Shown here in pieces: positions 53,001 to 64,000 of a stretch of DNA of 64,000 nt. The stretch is from positions 1,995,456 to 2,059,455 of the forward strand of contig NMRA01000008.1 in NCBI GenBank assembly GCA_002633005.1. Reading direction: 5' to 3'. Made by a program: the position numbers and the translations under genes. Positions within the stretch are counted from its first letter, which is position 1. Every line of letters starts with the position of its first letter. The notes under the pieces are model-generated. The model was not told the DNA's origin and ran no database searches. It saw only the letters and a program-made list of their open reading frames with translations. Source of the DNA: Phoronis australis. Its lineage: Eukaryota > Animalia > Phoronida.

Positions 53001-56000
53001 TGGATGGCTAATGGATGTGTTGAATTGTGGGTATAAATTGTGGATATTTGTCCGCTGTTGCTCGCTGGCTTATAGTATCTCACAAATAACTGGTCGTGGT
53101 GAACAATGCATCTCCTTAATTAATACTGTGTCGACACAGTGAAGTACTAGACAGTAGTGTATCCAAATCAGTCGCACCTCTATTTTATTTTCAGCTAATA
53201 CCTATATCCAGAGTGGTTAGTGGTTAACACATTTCATGAAAGTTTTAATCAACTTTCCTTTGTTACTTGTTCACTCGAGTCCAATCGTTTTCATTAATTA
53301 CATTAATTACTTCCTTTAAGCACGACTTGTATAGAAAATTTTTTGTCTTTGTGTGTGTGTGTGTTTTGTGTGTGTGTGCGTGCATATGTGCATGTGTGTT
53401 AGGAGGTTGGTCTGCTTAACAGAAAATGTCAACATTGGTTTTAGCATTAATCATTTTGATTGTGATGGATGTATCACCGTCATTTCAACCCAAACCCCTG
53501 GGAAAATTGTATTTAGTTGAAGACAGCAAGAGCCTGCCTTCTAGTCTACATCAGCAGCTGGTTTAAGCTCACAGGGACCCGAGCTCCTCTCTGACACTAA
53601 GAGATGAACAGTCTGCAGTGAAGGCTCCTTAGTCACATCCAACATAGAGCCCCAAAGGATAGGGCGAACCCTGTAGTTATGTCTGAACCGAGGATTCTGC
53701 ACCATTAGAACTACTGACAGTAGAGTATGTCTGTTCTTGCCATGTCAAGTGTTATTTACAGGGTGATATCAACCTCACACACTGATTGTCATGGTTAACA
53801 TTTCTCATTCTCCATCCTTCAGAGACTGGGTGAGACGGAATGACTGTTTTCGTTTCATACATTCTGTTCTAATGATCACGCAGTGCACAGGTGGATCTGG
53901 GATGTCACGAGAGGGCCTAATTTTCAACCCCAAGTAACAGATGCTCAAAGCCCATAGCTTCGCCTACAGTGTATCTTGATCAAATGGACAGGTGTTGACC
54001 TGTCATTCGGTGCAATAGTAATCAATTATTAGCCAGTGTCCGTTCGAAGCACACAACACTATGAGCCATAGATCATGCAAAGATTAAGCTGTTATTGGCT
54101 GGTATTTTTTCTACACCTTGAGGATCAGGCAATACAATCCTTATGAGGAAAAAATGATGGCTAGAAATTCTGCATGGAGAGGATGTAATTAATGTCACTG
54201 TAAAAGTAACTCTATTTAACCAAACATCACAATTGTTGCCTGGGAGTAAAGAACAATGACTGATTTTGAGAGTGGTCAAAATATTGCTCGTTATAGTCTT
54301 GAATACCCCTGATGGAAGGTGATTCACCAAGAAAAAAATTTCTCAGTCAAAAATGCTACATATTTTAACCCTGTTTATTCTTTGAATGCAGCACAATATC
54401 TGTCGCATTTTAAGTAAACACAAAGTACGTTTCCGATTTACATGCTTGGGTGCATGCAAGGATTGCCACAGAAATTTGAAATCCACTTTTTGGTCCATTT
54501 GTCCAAATTAGCGAAACAATGTATGTAGGACTCACAGATTAATTTTAAAAATTCACAGATGACATTTGTAAATGTCAGCATTCTGTGTGTTGTGGTGTTT
54601 CCTGAAACTGGAGGCTCGAAACAGCTACATACTGACTGACACACTTACACTGGTAGCTGATTTAACATGATTACGGGTAATAGCTGGAGAAAATCCTTTA
54701 ATGGAAGGTTGCATTAGCTGTCCAAACCCTCTCGTTCAATCTTTAATCCACCTGTGCTGTGTGATCAGTCTATGTTCTGCAGTAAATATGCATTTTGATG
54801 GGTTATTCAGCTTCACTTCTTTTCTTTTCATATTTTGAGCAATTTTCATTGTGGTGGAAGGTACATTTTTATATTCTGTTTTTACCACGGTGCAGTACCA
54901 TCAGGCACGGTGCAGTACCATCAGGCCCTGTCACTCCAAGCTCATTCTCAGGACGTCCGAGCCGTCTCACTGTCTTGGTGAAACGGGTTGGGCATGGATG
55001 AATATCGACAACTTTGGCCAAATTTGTCTCAAACGTGATACCATTCAGGGGCTTCTCACGTAGATTGTTAACTCTTGTTTGGTTCCCATTCGGTTTTCAG
55101 GTTTTTGAGATTGTCCTAAGAACTGTCTTGGTGTAAGAGGGCCAATTACACGCACATTGAAACTAACTTCGTGTTTTGTTAAAGAAAATGTCTTGTTGCT
55201 GTAATCCACTTTGTGTTCGAGTTTTTGAGAGTATTGTGGTTTGAGATTTTTTGAATGTTCTAGATTTTGCTATAGATACAATGACTGTTTTAATATCAAT
55301 TTATGCCCATAAATGAGTTGAAAATAATGCTCTTCTTTGTTGCTGTGTTATTCACCATGCAAAAAACTTTTAGATGAGTTCTTGGAATTTGTTTTATGAC
55401 AGGTCATGCACCCAGTCATAGCTTAAAGATTTTTGTTGGCACACAATTTACTTTATAATGACATCTAGTTTTGGTCGTTATGTATAAATATGGACATGTT
55501 TCGTGCTTACGGTATATGGCGTATTTAGGCACATGTGCCTATATTCAAAGATGTGTTTAGAACCAGAATTAGGCGTATGGCACCCTAACTAAATGAGTAA
55601 AATAATCTGTAGTAGTACACAAGTCGAAAGTTTGATGTGGACGACGGAGTCATTTTGAGGACTGGTTAGGATGCACGGTAGACTTCCTACTTCTCTGAGA
55701 TCCAGCTATGCCAAGTGTCTTTTTTTCATAGTTGCCAGTTCAAAGTGGTTCATTTTGCAGACTTAAGTTTAACCGCAGTGCGCCTGATTTAGGCACATCC
55801 CAATTGCCTTTTTAAAAATTTTCTCAGTTGCTTGTGATATGTAGTGAAAAATGTTAGGAGTGATATGGGATAGCTTAACATGCTGCCTGTTAATGATAGT
55901 GTATTTAGTTAGCAACTGAATTCGCCTTTTGTTTTTCATTTGAAAACTGTTGGTATTAGATTAGCTAATCAGATGGTTTAAGTCAATCAGTCATTGCTTT

Positions 56001-59000
56001 GATTTCCATCCAAGCATTATATGCTATTCATGTCTGATTCAATAATTTTGTTCATCCTTCATGAAATACAAAGACGTCTAAACCAATTTAGTTCCCGAAC
56101 TTGACTAGCACCTGTTACTCATACTAAAACCTCTAATGTGAGCCTAGAACGCGATGTTATCCAAGTTATACTCTGTAATATAGGGAATGTGCTGTGAAAC
56201 CAAGTAAAAAGTTTTCGCACTGGTCGGATTAGTCACTTGTCGAGGACGAGCAGCGTGTGCCTGTAACCTCAGCAAGGTGCCTGTACTCACAAGTGTAAGT
56301 TAGGTGCATATGCCTAAACAGTGTGCGAAATACTAATGAGTAAACAGGTATTTTAGTAATGAGTAAACAATTTTCTTTGCAAAAACGCTGTATTTCGAAT
56401 ATTGGTATATGGGTCATAATACGCACATATACAGCGTTGCAGTCACAATCTGTGCCCATGATCGTCTAAGCTATGACTGTGCATACTGCGTTTAATAAAA
56501 CACGCCCCCGACAGGGTGCGTATATCTTTGTTGAGTGTTCTGTTTATAATAAGAAGAGTACTGTAAGTTGTTATACTCACTTTGTCTTGCATGCTCGTAA
56601 GTTGCTAATTGTGCTGTAGTTAGACATTACATTGATATTGTCCTCATGCCTGCATCAGGTTTCATGCACTTTTCAAAGAACTGGAAAAATGTTTTGTATC
56701 ACTGCTCCTTCGTTTCACATCGAAAAGAATCCATTTATGTTACCAAGAAGTAGGTTTGAAAATTGAATTGAGTGAACATGGGAATTTCTTCCTGCCTTTA
56801 TTTGTACAAAATTACACGTAGATTGTTAAAGTAAAAAATTGGAAGTTGGGAGTGGGAGTTAAGCCGAAGCGTTAAACCAAAGAAGATGTGGTATGTTAAA
56901 GGACAAAATGAATGGCTGAATGCAGCGCTGAGCTGACTGAACCTAAAATTAGTGTTGCTTTCCAGCAATGGATTGAGATGAAGTTTGCCAGTGTTAGCTC
57001 TTCGCTAATTTTAGACGTAATGTAGTGCCGATGTGGTCAATTGTTAATTTGCATAAACGCAACGATCTGGTAACTACCATTTGAGATCCATTAGTCCTAA
57101 TCCCATCCGAATTAATCTGAGTATTGTGTTCAAAAAGAATTAATCTGAGACCTGCGTTCAAGAAGTTGTCAACCTTCACCAATGGTGTGGTGCTATTGGG
57201 GGGCGCTTGGGGGGTCTAGGGAAATTCCTTTTTAGCTATTGGGGGTCACTTGAGGAGCAACGGAAAGAACGTAAGCTTTCCTGGATAAATAAGGACTGTT
57301 TTAATAGCTATGCAAATCTAATTAACGTGGTTTGGGATTTTCTAGTTTTAATCCTGGGATAAGCCTTAATGGGTTTGTCGTTGAACAATTTTTCATGAAT
57401 TTTCACGATTGAAGATTCATTTTAATGATGTGTGGGACCCTAGAAAATGTCATAATTTGGCTAACTTTGAAACATTCTCAGAAATGGTCGATCGGATTCA
57501 TGTCAAACTTTCAAATACCAATAGTACGCTGAGTGTTAAGAATTGAAGGAAAGTCTACTAAAATTTTAGGACTTAAATGATTCTCATGAAAGAAAAAAAA
57601 GTTGGGATAATGTTGAAAACTAATAGCGTTTTTGAGATTTCATCATGAACATTTACCGTCGAATAGAATTTGGCTGTGTTATTGATACTGTCGTTTTGTT
57701 ATTAAAAGATCTTGCCTTTCTTTTTTGCTAAATGTTACTTTAAAGACATAGTCGCGTGACCCAATTAATGGCACAAGTCAAAAATCAAATTCTACAGGCT
57801 TTCTGCTTTCAGAAATTATGCTTTTACTGAATTGAAATCCAATCTATAGATATTTGGCTTTTACACCAACTTGAAGGTCTTGTATAAAGTTAACGCACTC
57901 TCATCCTTGTAATCATTGTTATTGATCATCACCTTCATTGTTACAGTTGCCATCAGTCGGCGATGCACGAGTTTGTATTATATCTTGTATAAAACATTAA
58001 TTTTATAGTATCACTGTTTATGTTATAGTCGTGGTGATTGAACTGTTATTGTTATGGTTTGTGCTGTTTTACAGTACACATGCAGACAAAGTCGCAAAAC
58101 AGCTTTTACCAAACAGAAGTCAATGGACGGCGTAGGTTATGACACTGTTTTGCTGGCTAATAGTTGCTTTGTTGTGGGTTCAATGCTGTTAGTTGAAACG
58201 CTGTTGTGCTGGCATGAGAATGTCCACTGAGTGGCGTTAGAATCTGTATTGTACTGTTTGCTTTGCCATTTCATCATATAATTAAATTAATTAGAAGTTT
58301 GCTTTCCCTCCCCAGGCAGACTTCAATTTGTTTAAATTTTAAAAATTTATATTCTTGCAAAAAAAATAAGCATGATTTATCATTTACCATGAAAAGTGGA
58401 GGACCGATTTCAACAATCTCACAGTGCTGTCGACATGCATTACTTAAATATGTACGTCAACATAAAAAAATTTTTTTATTTGCCTACATTTCCATCTCCG
58501 GTTTGTCAGGACAGGGATTAGAGGAAAAAACACCTTAGGGACATTCTCACTTGATTTCGTTTAATACAAACAAACATCAGGCTCAATTCGATTGTGCTGT
58601 TATGTTTCACAGGCCTCATTCTTCTACATGTTTCTGGCTGGTGACTCCCTCTGGAGGGGATGTGCAGTGCCACGCCATTTGTATGCTGCTTTTGGATGTG
58701 TTGCTCGTGCTCAGTCTGTTTGTACAGTACAAGGCAAAAGTAATCAAACAAAATGACCCCGCAGAATTCCCCGTCATGTTGTCTGGGCAGAAGCCGAATT
58801 CACCGCCAGAGTGGTCTCCCCTGATGACCGAGAATGAAGGGGAATTGCCTGGAAAGTTAGTAAGGTGGCCAGACCATTCTGTAAGCAGAATTTTGCTGTA
58901 CTAATATATGTTAAGTCATTTTTTGATGCTGACTGAGGCGTCATGACGGGGAAAACAAAATTTTGTCTGATAACTTTTGTCTTGTACTGTGTTATGTCTG

Positions 59001-62000
59001 ATAACTCTTGTCTTGTACTGTACTTCTGTTTCAGAGCTTTATGTTTGATGCAAGGAATTGTATGTCTTAGAATAGGCACTAGTTTTTGTCTTGCACTGTC
59101 TAGTTCTATGGAGATAATGCCTTTTATCGGTTCAATTAGTTAATGGTTCTCGGTGCAAATACTGAAATGAAAATGCAAGCACTGTTCGTTTGATGATTGT
59201 TTATTTCGCATTTTGAATAATCCAGCTGTGGCAAAACAACCACACAGTGTAGTTTAAGAAACAAATGAATGTGAAGATGCCACTTGTAATTCACAAAACC
59301 AGTGCTGTCCCCAATTAAATTACTTTGCAATCTTGGCCAAATCCTAGTACGGTAGAATTTATCCAGTTTGGGACTGAAAAATCATAAATATTTAGCGCAA
59401 GGTTGGAGCTTGTGCCAAATTTTAGAAATTGGCAATACTGGCCATTTCAAATTCGAGACTTTAAGATCAACAGCAAAATGTCGATCATTCACCTCGATTT
59501 TGCACACCGTGGGTACACATGAAAACGTTGCCTAGTTAGCTATTTTCAATGATTTTATAAACTACATATCTCTTTCTAGATTGTGATGATACAAAATGCA
59601 GTGTTCAATATTTGAGGAATACGATAATTGCCTACATTGTCCTTGTACCAAACTTCTGCATCAAGAAAATTTAATTTCAACTTGAATTTCGGTGTCTCAC
59701 AAACTGGAGTATTTCTACTGTAACATAAATTAAAATCCTGTGATGATCAGAACTGCAACGTCCTTATTGGCCTAGTGTAGGCTATCAGGAACTAACTGTG
59801 AACAGGTTGGTCACTTGGTCACTGCTTAGGGCCTGCATTAACAGAAAGCTACTACCTCAGTTGGCTTCCTCGAATGAAACTTACTGGATCGCAATAGACT
59901 TCCTGAAATACCACAGTGCCCTCTCTGGTTCTGCAGTATTTACCCTCAATGCTGTGGGTCAGTAGAGCACTTGGCTTTTGGCTTGTAGTTGTACACTACT
60001 GCAGTATGCCATTTGTCCTTGATGCCAATAAGTGTTTTGTTGTTGTGGAGTGAGTGCAAGAAATTGAAAAGCTGAGTGAAGCTTGATAAGCCATAGTTGG
60101 CTAGTGAGACTCGACTTAAGAGTGCATTGGCTGTCCTTTCTTTCTTTCTTTATTGTGATATTTAAAATGAGGGTGGCCTCTTCAGTGATAGCACTGCTTT
60201 CCAAGAGGGCCCTCCTACCTTTTAAAACCTCGGTCAATCGTATACTGTTTTCTACCCCCCCACATTAGAGAGTTGAATTGGAGATACGAGAGTTGAATGA
60301 ATTAGTCACTAGTTCATTTTATAACTGTTCACGTCTTGATGTAAGCAGTGTGAGCCCCACCAACTTTCAGTTAAGGCAGCGCCATCTTCAGAGCCGAGCT
60401 TTAAGCTCCTCATCTGCTCAAACCCTTTGTTGGTAGGTCATTCATGGCTCGCCGCACTCGAGGGGTTTTGAGATGGCCGTCAATACGCGCTCGCATTATA
60501 ATACAGTGCCAAAAGAGTATTCTTTAGCTTCACAGACACAACATGGCAGACCACGTCCCCTTTATAAATACGAGATACTTAGAATCTTTTGAATTTCTCC
60601 CATGTCACCTGGTGACCCCAACCAGTTTTATCCACATTCCAGTCTCAATGGGGGGTGGTCATCAGAGGAGTGACTACTCACTAGGTCACATAGTGAGTGT
60701 TATTACTGTTTCTGGCTAGATCATATCTAAAGAGAAGATTTGAAACCATCCAGGCTGTGCTTTCATTTTCCATGTGGGACATGAAAACTGACCAAGTATA
60801 TATAAATCTGAATAGAGTTTAGTAAAAATTACACTATGCGGCTTGTTGACTTTTCAAAATTGGTGAAGTAATAGCAATTTTGTCAACAAAAACCCAAGTC
60901 TTGAGCTATTCATTGGAAAGTCGTTTCCAGCATGGCTTATCTGCTAATTATACTGCATCACTGACTCACAATAGAAGCTGGGCCTGAAAGAATGTGGATA
61001 AACCTAGTTACCATGATGGAATCTGGTTTATAGGGCATGTTCGCATCATGAAGTGAAATGTGATTTTGTCAAATTTGTCAGCAAAAACGTTCTTTTCAGA
61101 GGAGGTATTCTCATCTCAAATTAAAGAATTTTTACTTACCTTATTATTTTGTAATCAATGGATCTGCTTTCATGAATATTTTCTACCTCACCATGGTATG
61201 CTGCTTTCATGAATATTTTCTACCTCACCATGGTATGCTGCTTTCATGAATATTTTCTACCTCACCATGGTATGCTGCTTTCATGAATATTTTCTACCTC
61301 ACCATGGTATGCTGCTTTCATGAATATTTTCTACCTCACCAAGGTATGCTTACATTACAGCACATTGGCCACACTTAATTGTTTTTGATAGTTTGTGACG
61401 AGATATCTCATTGCTTGATGCTTTCCCTGCTGCATGACCTGTTCACAAAAATTACGGAAAATCTGCCTTTTTCCGGGTTTCAAAAAAGGTGGAAGCAAGG
61501 TTTTCATCTCTGAACTTCACAGGAAATGATACTTCAAATTGATTTTCCTTTCGTAGTATTATACGCTGGGGTTATTGAACGAAACGTTTACATTACTGTC
61601 ACTTAAAGTGCTAATTAGCCAAACATTAGCAAACTCCAAACTTGAATAAATCCTGTTAGTGCCGATGAATCTTCCTGTTAAAGTGATCAATGAACTCCAT
61701 TTGGTCCATAGTGTAATTAGCAATGCTAGCAAAATAAATGGATCTACCTCAAAACACGAAACAATACATTGGTTTTCAATGAGGGTGCTGCATGGACCTT
61801 TAGTGATCAAATCGTGTTCTGCTTTTCTTGGATGTTTCTACATCGGTCTTTTTTCTACTGCTTGTGGCAGAAACTGACCTCTTGTCATCAATTGTACTTG
61901 AATTATCTCGGAATGATATTTTAATATGGTGACCACCAGAATGTTAAAATGCCTATAAACCTGCCTTATCAATCACAAAACAGTATTTGATTTATAGACC

Positions 62001-63871
62001 ACTCCCTACTGAGAAACTGGTCTCAAAGTGTTAATTAGTCAAATAACGGGCGATTTCAGGGCTTTGAAAAAGTAACAGTTCATTATTGCTCGAGACCACT
62101 GATGCTTTACAAGTTGCTTTCAATGAATAACAGACCGTTAGTTCCTTGCAGACCCAGAATTTACTTCCCGCCTGAGTAAAAAACAATTCAAGATCAATTT
62201 TATAACTGTTACAGTATGTAGTCTAAATCAAAGGCGTTGGTTTGAAGCCAGATTAACTCTACGCATAGTGATGTAGGCTCATTCAGTACTGTGTTTGAAT
62301 GGACACCTGGTCTTGAATTTTTTGTGACTGCATTCATGTTGTGCTTTGATTATTCAGGCAGAAAGTTGAATTCGTACGTCTTGGTCGCTCATTTCTGAGC
62401 CCGTTTGACTTTTTGTTTTGTAACAAGTTCAGTGCAAAATATCACCAGACAAAAAACGATTGCACGGTTGTATTTTTACAACTTATTGCCAAGACTGGAA
62501 CATGACATTTAACATGTAACATGCATGTCGGTATGTACACATTGTTTTCCCCTGTAAAAGCAGGAGTACAAATATCCAGAGCAGTGGAAGCACACCGATG
62601 AATGGCTTTGCACTGCTATGTAATGAGCGTGCCATTTTGAGCATTCGTGGTTCAGCATTTTTTCTGATTGCTATCAATAATCCAATATGCCAGCTTATCT
62701 GGTAAAATATCCAGAGGATGATTCTTGGACGTTCAGTAGTTTTCTTATGCATAATGAACAAAAACTGAATAATCGAATTTTGTTCCTTGTGATACAGTTT
62801 TTAGTTAATTTTAAAATTTCAACAAGAGAAAAGTTTTTAGGAAATTTCAATAGCTTTTTTCCTGTCAGTCATGAAATAGAAAGTCCTACCTGTACTCATA
62901 CAAGTAATGGTCAGAGCTAAATTGGTCTGAATGAGTGTATCATTCTCATATTATAGTGACATCACGTCTTGCCCACAGGTGGAGTCGGCTGGCAACAAAG
63001 AGCAACTGGAGCAGTTGATCACAGAATTTAAGACAAAGCTGGCCACGCAAATCAACCCTCATAACCTCAAGTTGTTTGTTGATTCCTTCATGTCGTAAGT
63101 GTTGACAGTCTCTGTTATCTGTCATCTTATCAACTTTACGCTCAACTTTAGAAAAATTTTCAGAGAAATTTTTTTTTCTTAGTTGGATGTAAGTCCAGTG
63201 GTGAAGCAAACCTTGGGGTTTAGTTCCTAAAAGGTGTTCCTGTTCTGTTTGTACAATGCTATGCTAATAAGAAGCTTACTTTTTGTGCTGAAAAATATTC
63301 TTCTCTTGGCTCAGTAAGTCTACTGAAGTATACTAATATAGCTTTTTCATTGTTCATGACCTTGTTGAACAGATAAAATTCACTTACTATGAATATTTGT
63401 TGCGTAGGATTCCAACGATTCCACCCTGAACTAAGGGTCTTCTTCAACAAGTGGATCATGCGCGTCTTGGTGACCCAGATCCAGAATTAGGTCATACACA
63501 CTGGGAAACTGCAGACCTAATTCTGGATCTAGGTCACAGAGACATGCGAAATCCATTTGTTGAAGAAGAGCTTTTGTCAAGGAAACATTCGAATCCTCCA
63601 CAGTAAATGTTAGTGGTTAAGTGAATTTTATCTGCTCTGCTGAGGAATACTTTTTTCTTTAAAGAATGTACTTTAATTTCAAAAAAGTAAGAGAAACTAT
63701 GATAGCTCACCTGAATGTCGCTGACAAGCTGGTGGAAATCTTTTCCTGAATGAAAAAGCCCGTGGTAAGAATAGTTTTTCCAAATCGGCAATTAAGCACA
63801 CGCCATCCTGTTATGAGGTTTGTGTTTTGTTTCAGACGCAGTAACATTGCCAATCAGCTTCATAACATCAA
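29024..63871 (+). CDS. NDRG-family alpha/beta-hydrolase-fold protein (C. elegans ZK1073.1-like), 3' part beyond the window
   Basis: Exons 29024-29047 (MSGNIEEE), 38956-39003, 40825-40882 (ILTVHDLGCN), 46162-46279 (IHIDLPGQED), 48550-48612 (YKFPTMQQIAE), 49814-49874 (LGEGAGANVLARFA), 50611-50697 (LVLLHCTGTTAGFME), 52280-52357 (YLVLHRFG), 62979-63094 (INPHNLKLFVDSF), 63836-63871. All GT-AG and phases join. Gly replaces the nucleophile Ser (GEGAG), typical of NDRG proteins. Confidence 0.9.
29700..30860 (+). mobile_element. Non-autonomous repeat with (CCGT)n microsatellite and internal ~150 bp / ~450 bp tandem units (Helentron/DINE-like architecture)
   Basis: tttttatgc start, ccgtccgtccgtcc at about 29750, units containing tgaaatttgg and GYGCCNCCTAGTGG; gactaccgg recurs at 29889, 30334 and about 30785. 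Class is inferred. Confidence 0.7.
35360..36420 (+). mobile_element. Older degraded copy of the 29700-30860 family
   Basis: Shares gctatatctccaaa-cccttga, ttttcagatggat-tgacta, gcacctcctagtggcagtttt and catgaaatttggcac in the same order. Confidence 0.65.
45210..45396. mobile_element. About 190 bp MITE with TA flanks
   Basis: accttattcgcacagtcaccatttta...gtgagcc pairs with ggctcac...taaatggcgattgcgtgaataaggt; TA on both sides. Confidence 0.75.
45882..46040. repeat. 22-bp minisatellite ctagcaaactgttagtaaaccg, about 7 copies
   Basis: Directly visible tandem copies. Confidence 0.93.
46714..46876. repeat. 32-bp minisatellite x5, each unit with an internal palindrome GCCACG-n5-CGTGGC
   Basis: Unit cagttaggccacgcctaccgtggctaccatct. 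Confidence 0.93.
47461..47593. repeat. 34-bp minisatellite, about 4 copies
   Basis: Unit gagtatgtattaggctatacagtagtgctttcaa. Confidence 0.95.
48763..49038. mobile_element. hAT-like MITE (CAGGG termini)
   Basis: cagggatattcctg at 48763 and caggaatatccctg ending 49038 are perfect 14-bp inverted repeats; no TSD retained. Confidence 0.7.
50370..50640 (+). repeat. 97-98 bp tandem triplication spanning the 3' splice site of NDRG-like exon 7
   Basis: CAG|TGTAGTCA...cactgggactc with exon starts at 50416, 50513 and 50611. Confidence 0.9.
50853..51259. mobile_element. hAT-like MITE (CAGGG termini)
   Basis: cagggcccgggtgtaatctttgtactcga pairs with tcgagtacaaagattaaaacccaaaccctg. Confidence 0.72.
58725..59020. 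mobile_element. Tc1/mariner-type MITE, TA flanks, right TIR end duplicated
   Basis: TA|cagtacaaggcaaaagtaatcaaacaaaat pairs with attttgtctgataacttttgtcttgtactg; a second tgtctgataactcttgtcttgtactg|TA follows; inner inverted ttccccgtcatg / catgacggggaa. Confidence 0.78.
61164..61350. repeat. 37-bp minisatellite x5, nearly identical copies
   Basis: Unit ctgctttcatgaatattttctacctcaccatggtatg. Confidence 0.95.
63469..63537. repeat. Intronic inverted repeat (24-bp arms, about 20-nt loop)
   Basis: gtgacccagatccagaattaggtc ... gacctaattctggatctaggtcac, one mismatch. Confidence 0.85.
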
Positions 63872-64000
63872 GTAAGTACTGTGATCAGAGGTGCTCATCC
63901 ATGTTATCTCCACATTGCTAGACTGGGGAAGAAATGGCTATTGCATTCATGTGATACCCATGACAAACCAATGTTTACATAGTCCAGCTCTCTTATTGTC

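Noticed and set aside
55101-55132. Extra NDRG-like exon after a good acceptor
   Set aside because: 32 nt to the GTAAGA donor shifts frame; the in-frame 30-nt version needs a weak GTGTAA donor.

Overview
AT-rich, intron-rich animal genomic DNA (an invertebrate, plausibly a deuterostome; the species cannot be fixed from sequence alone), with one 130-N assembly gap at 4155-4284. Four spliced genes form two head-to-head pairs: PSTK-like (first exon only, minus) / ETF1 = eRF1 (plus), and CFAP99-like (15 coding exons, minus) / NDRG-family ZK1073.1-like alpha/beta-hydrolase-fold gene (plus, runs off the right edge). Most ORFs in the supplied track are spurious; exons were rebuilt by hand from GT/GC-AG sites and frame continuity. 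Introns hold many MITEs, a TTAA-flanked element, a CTCF-motif-rich repeat and minisatellites. Main findings: (1) tandem repeats built from real splice junctions in three genes, notably at least 7 copies of the eRF1 'FHTE|GTGAG' exon end/donor, where any extra donor would create a premature stop; (2) PSTK (UGA-Sec recoding) and eRF1 (UGA termination) share a promoter of about 660 bp; (3) eRF1 also has a GC-AG intron, a 49-codon open frame after its TGA and duplicated poison-exon-like cassettes in intron 1; (4) candidate microexons in the NDRG-like gene. Functional interpretations are untested inference.
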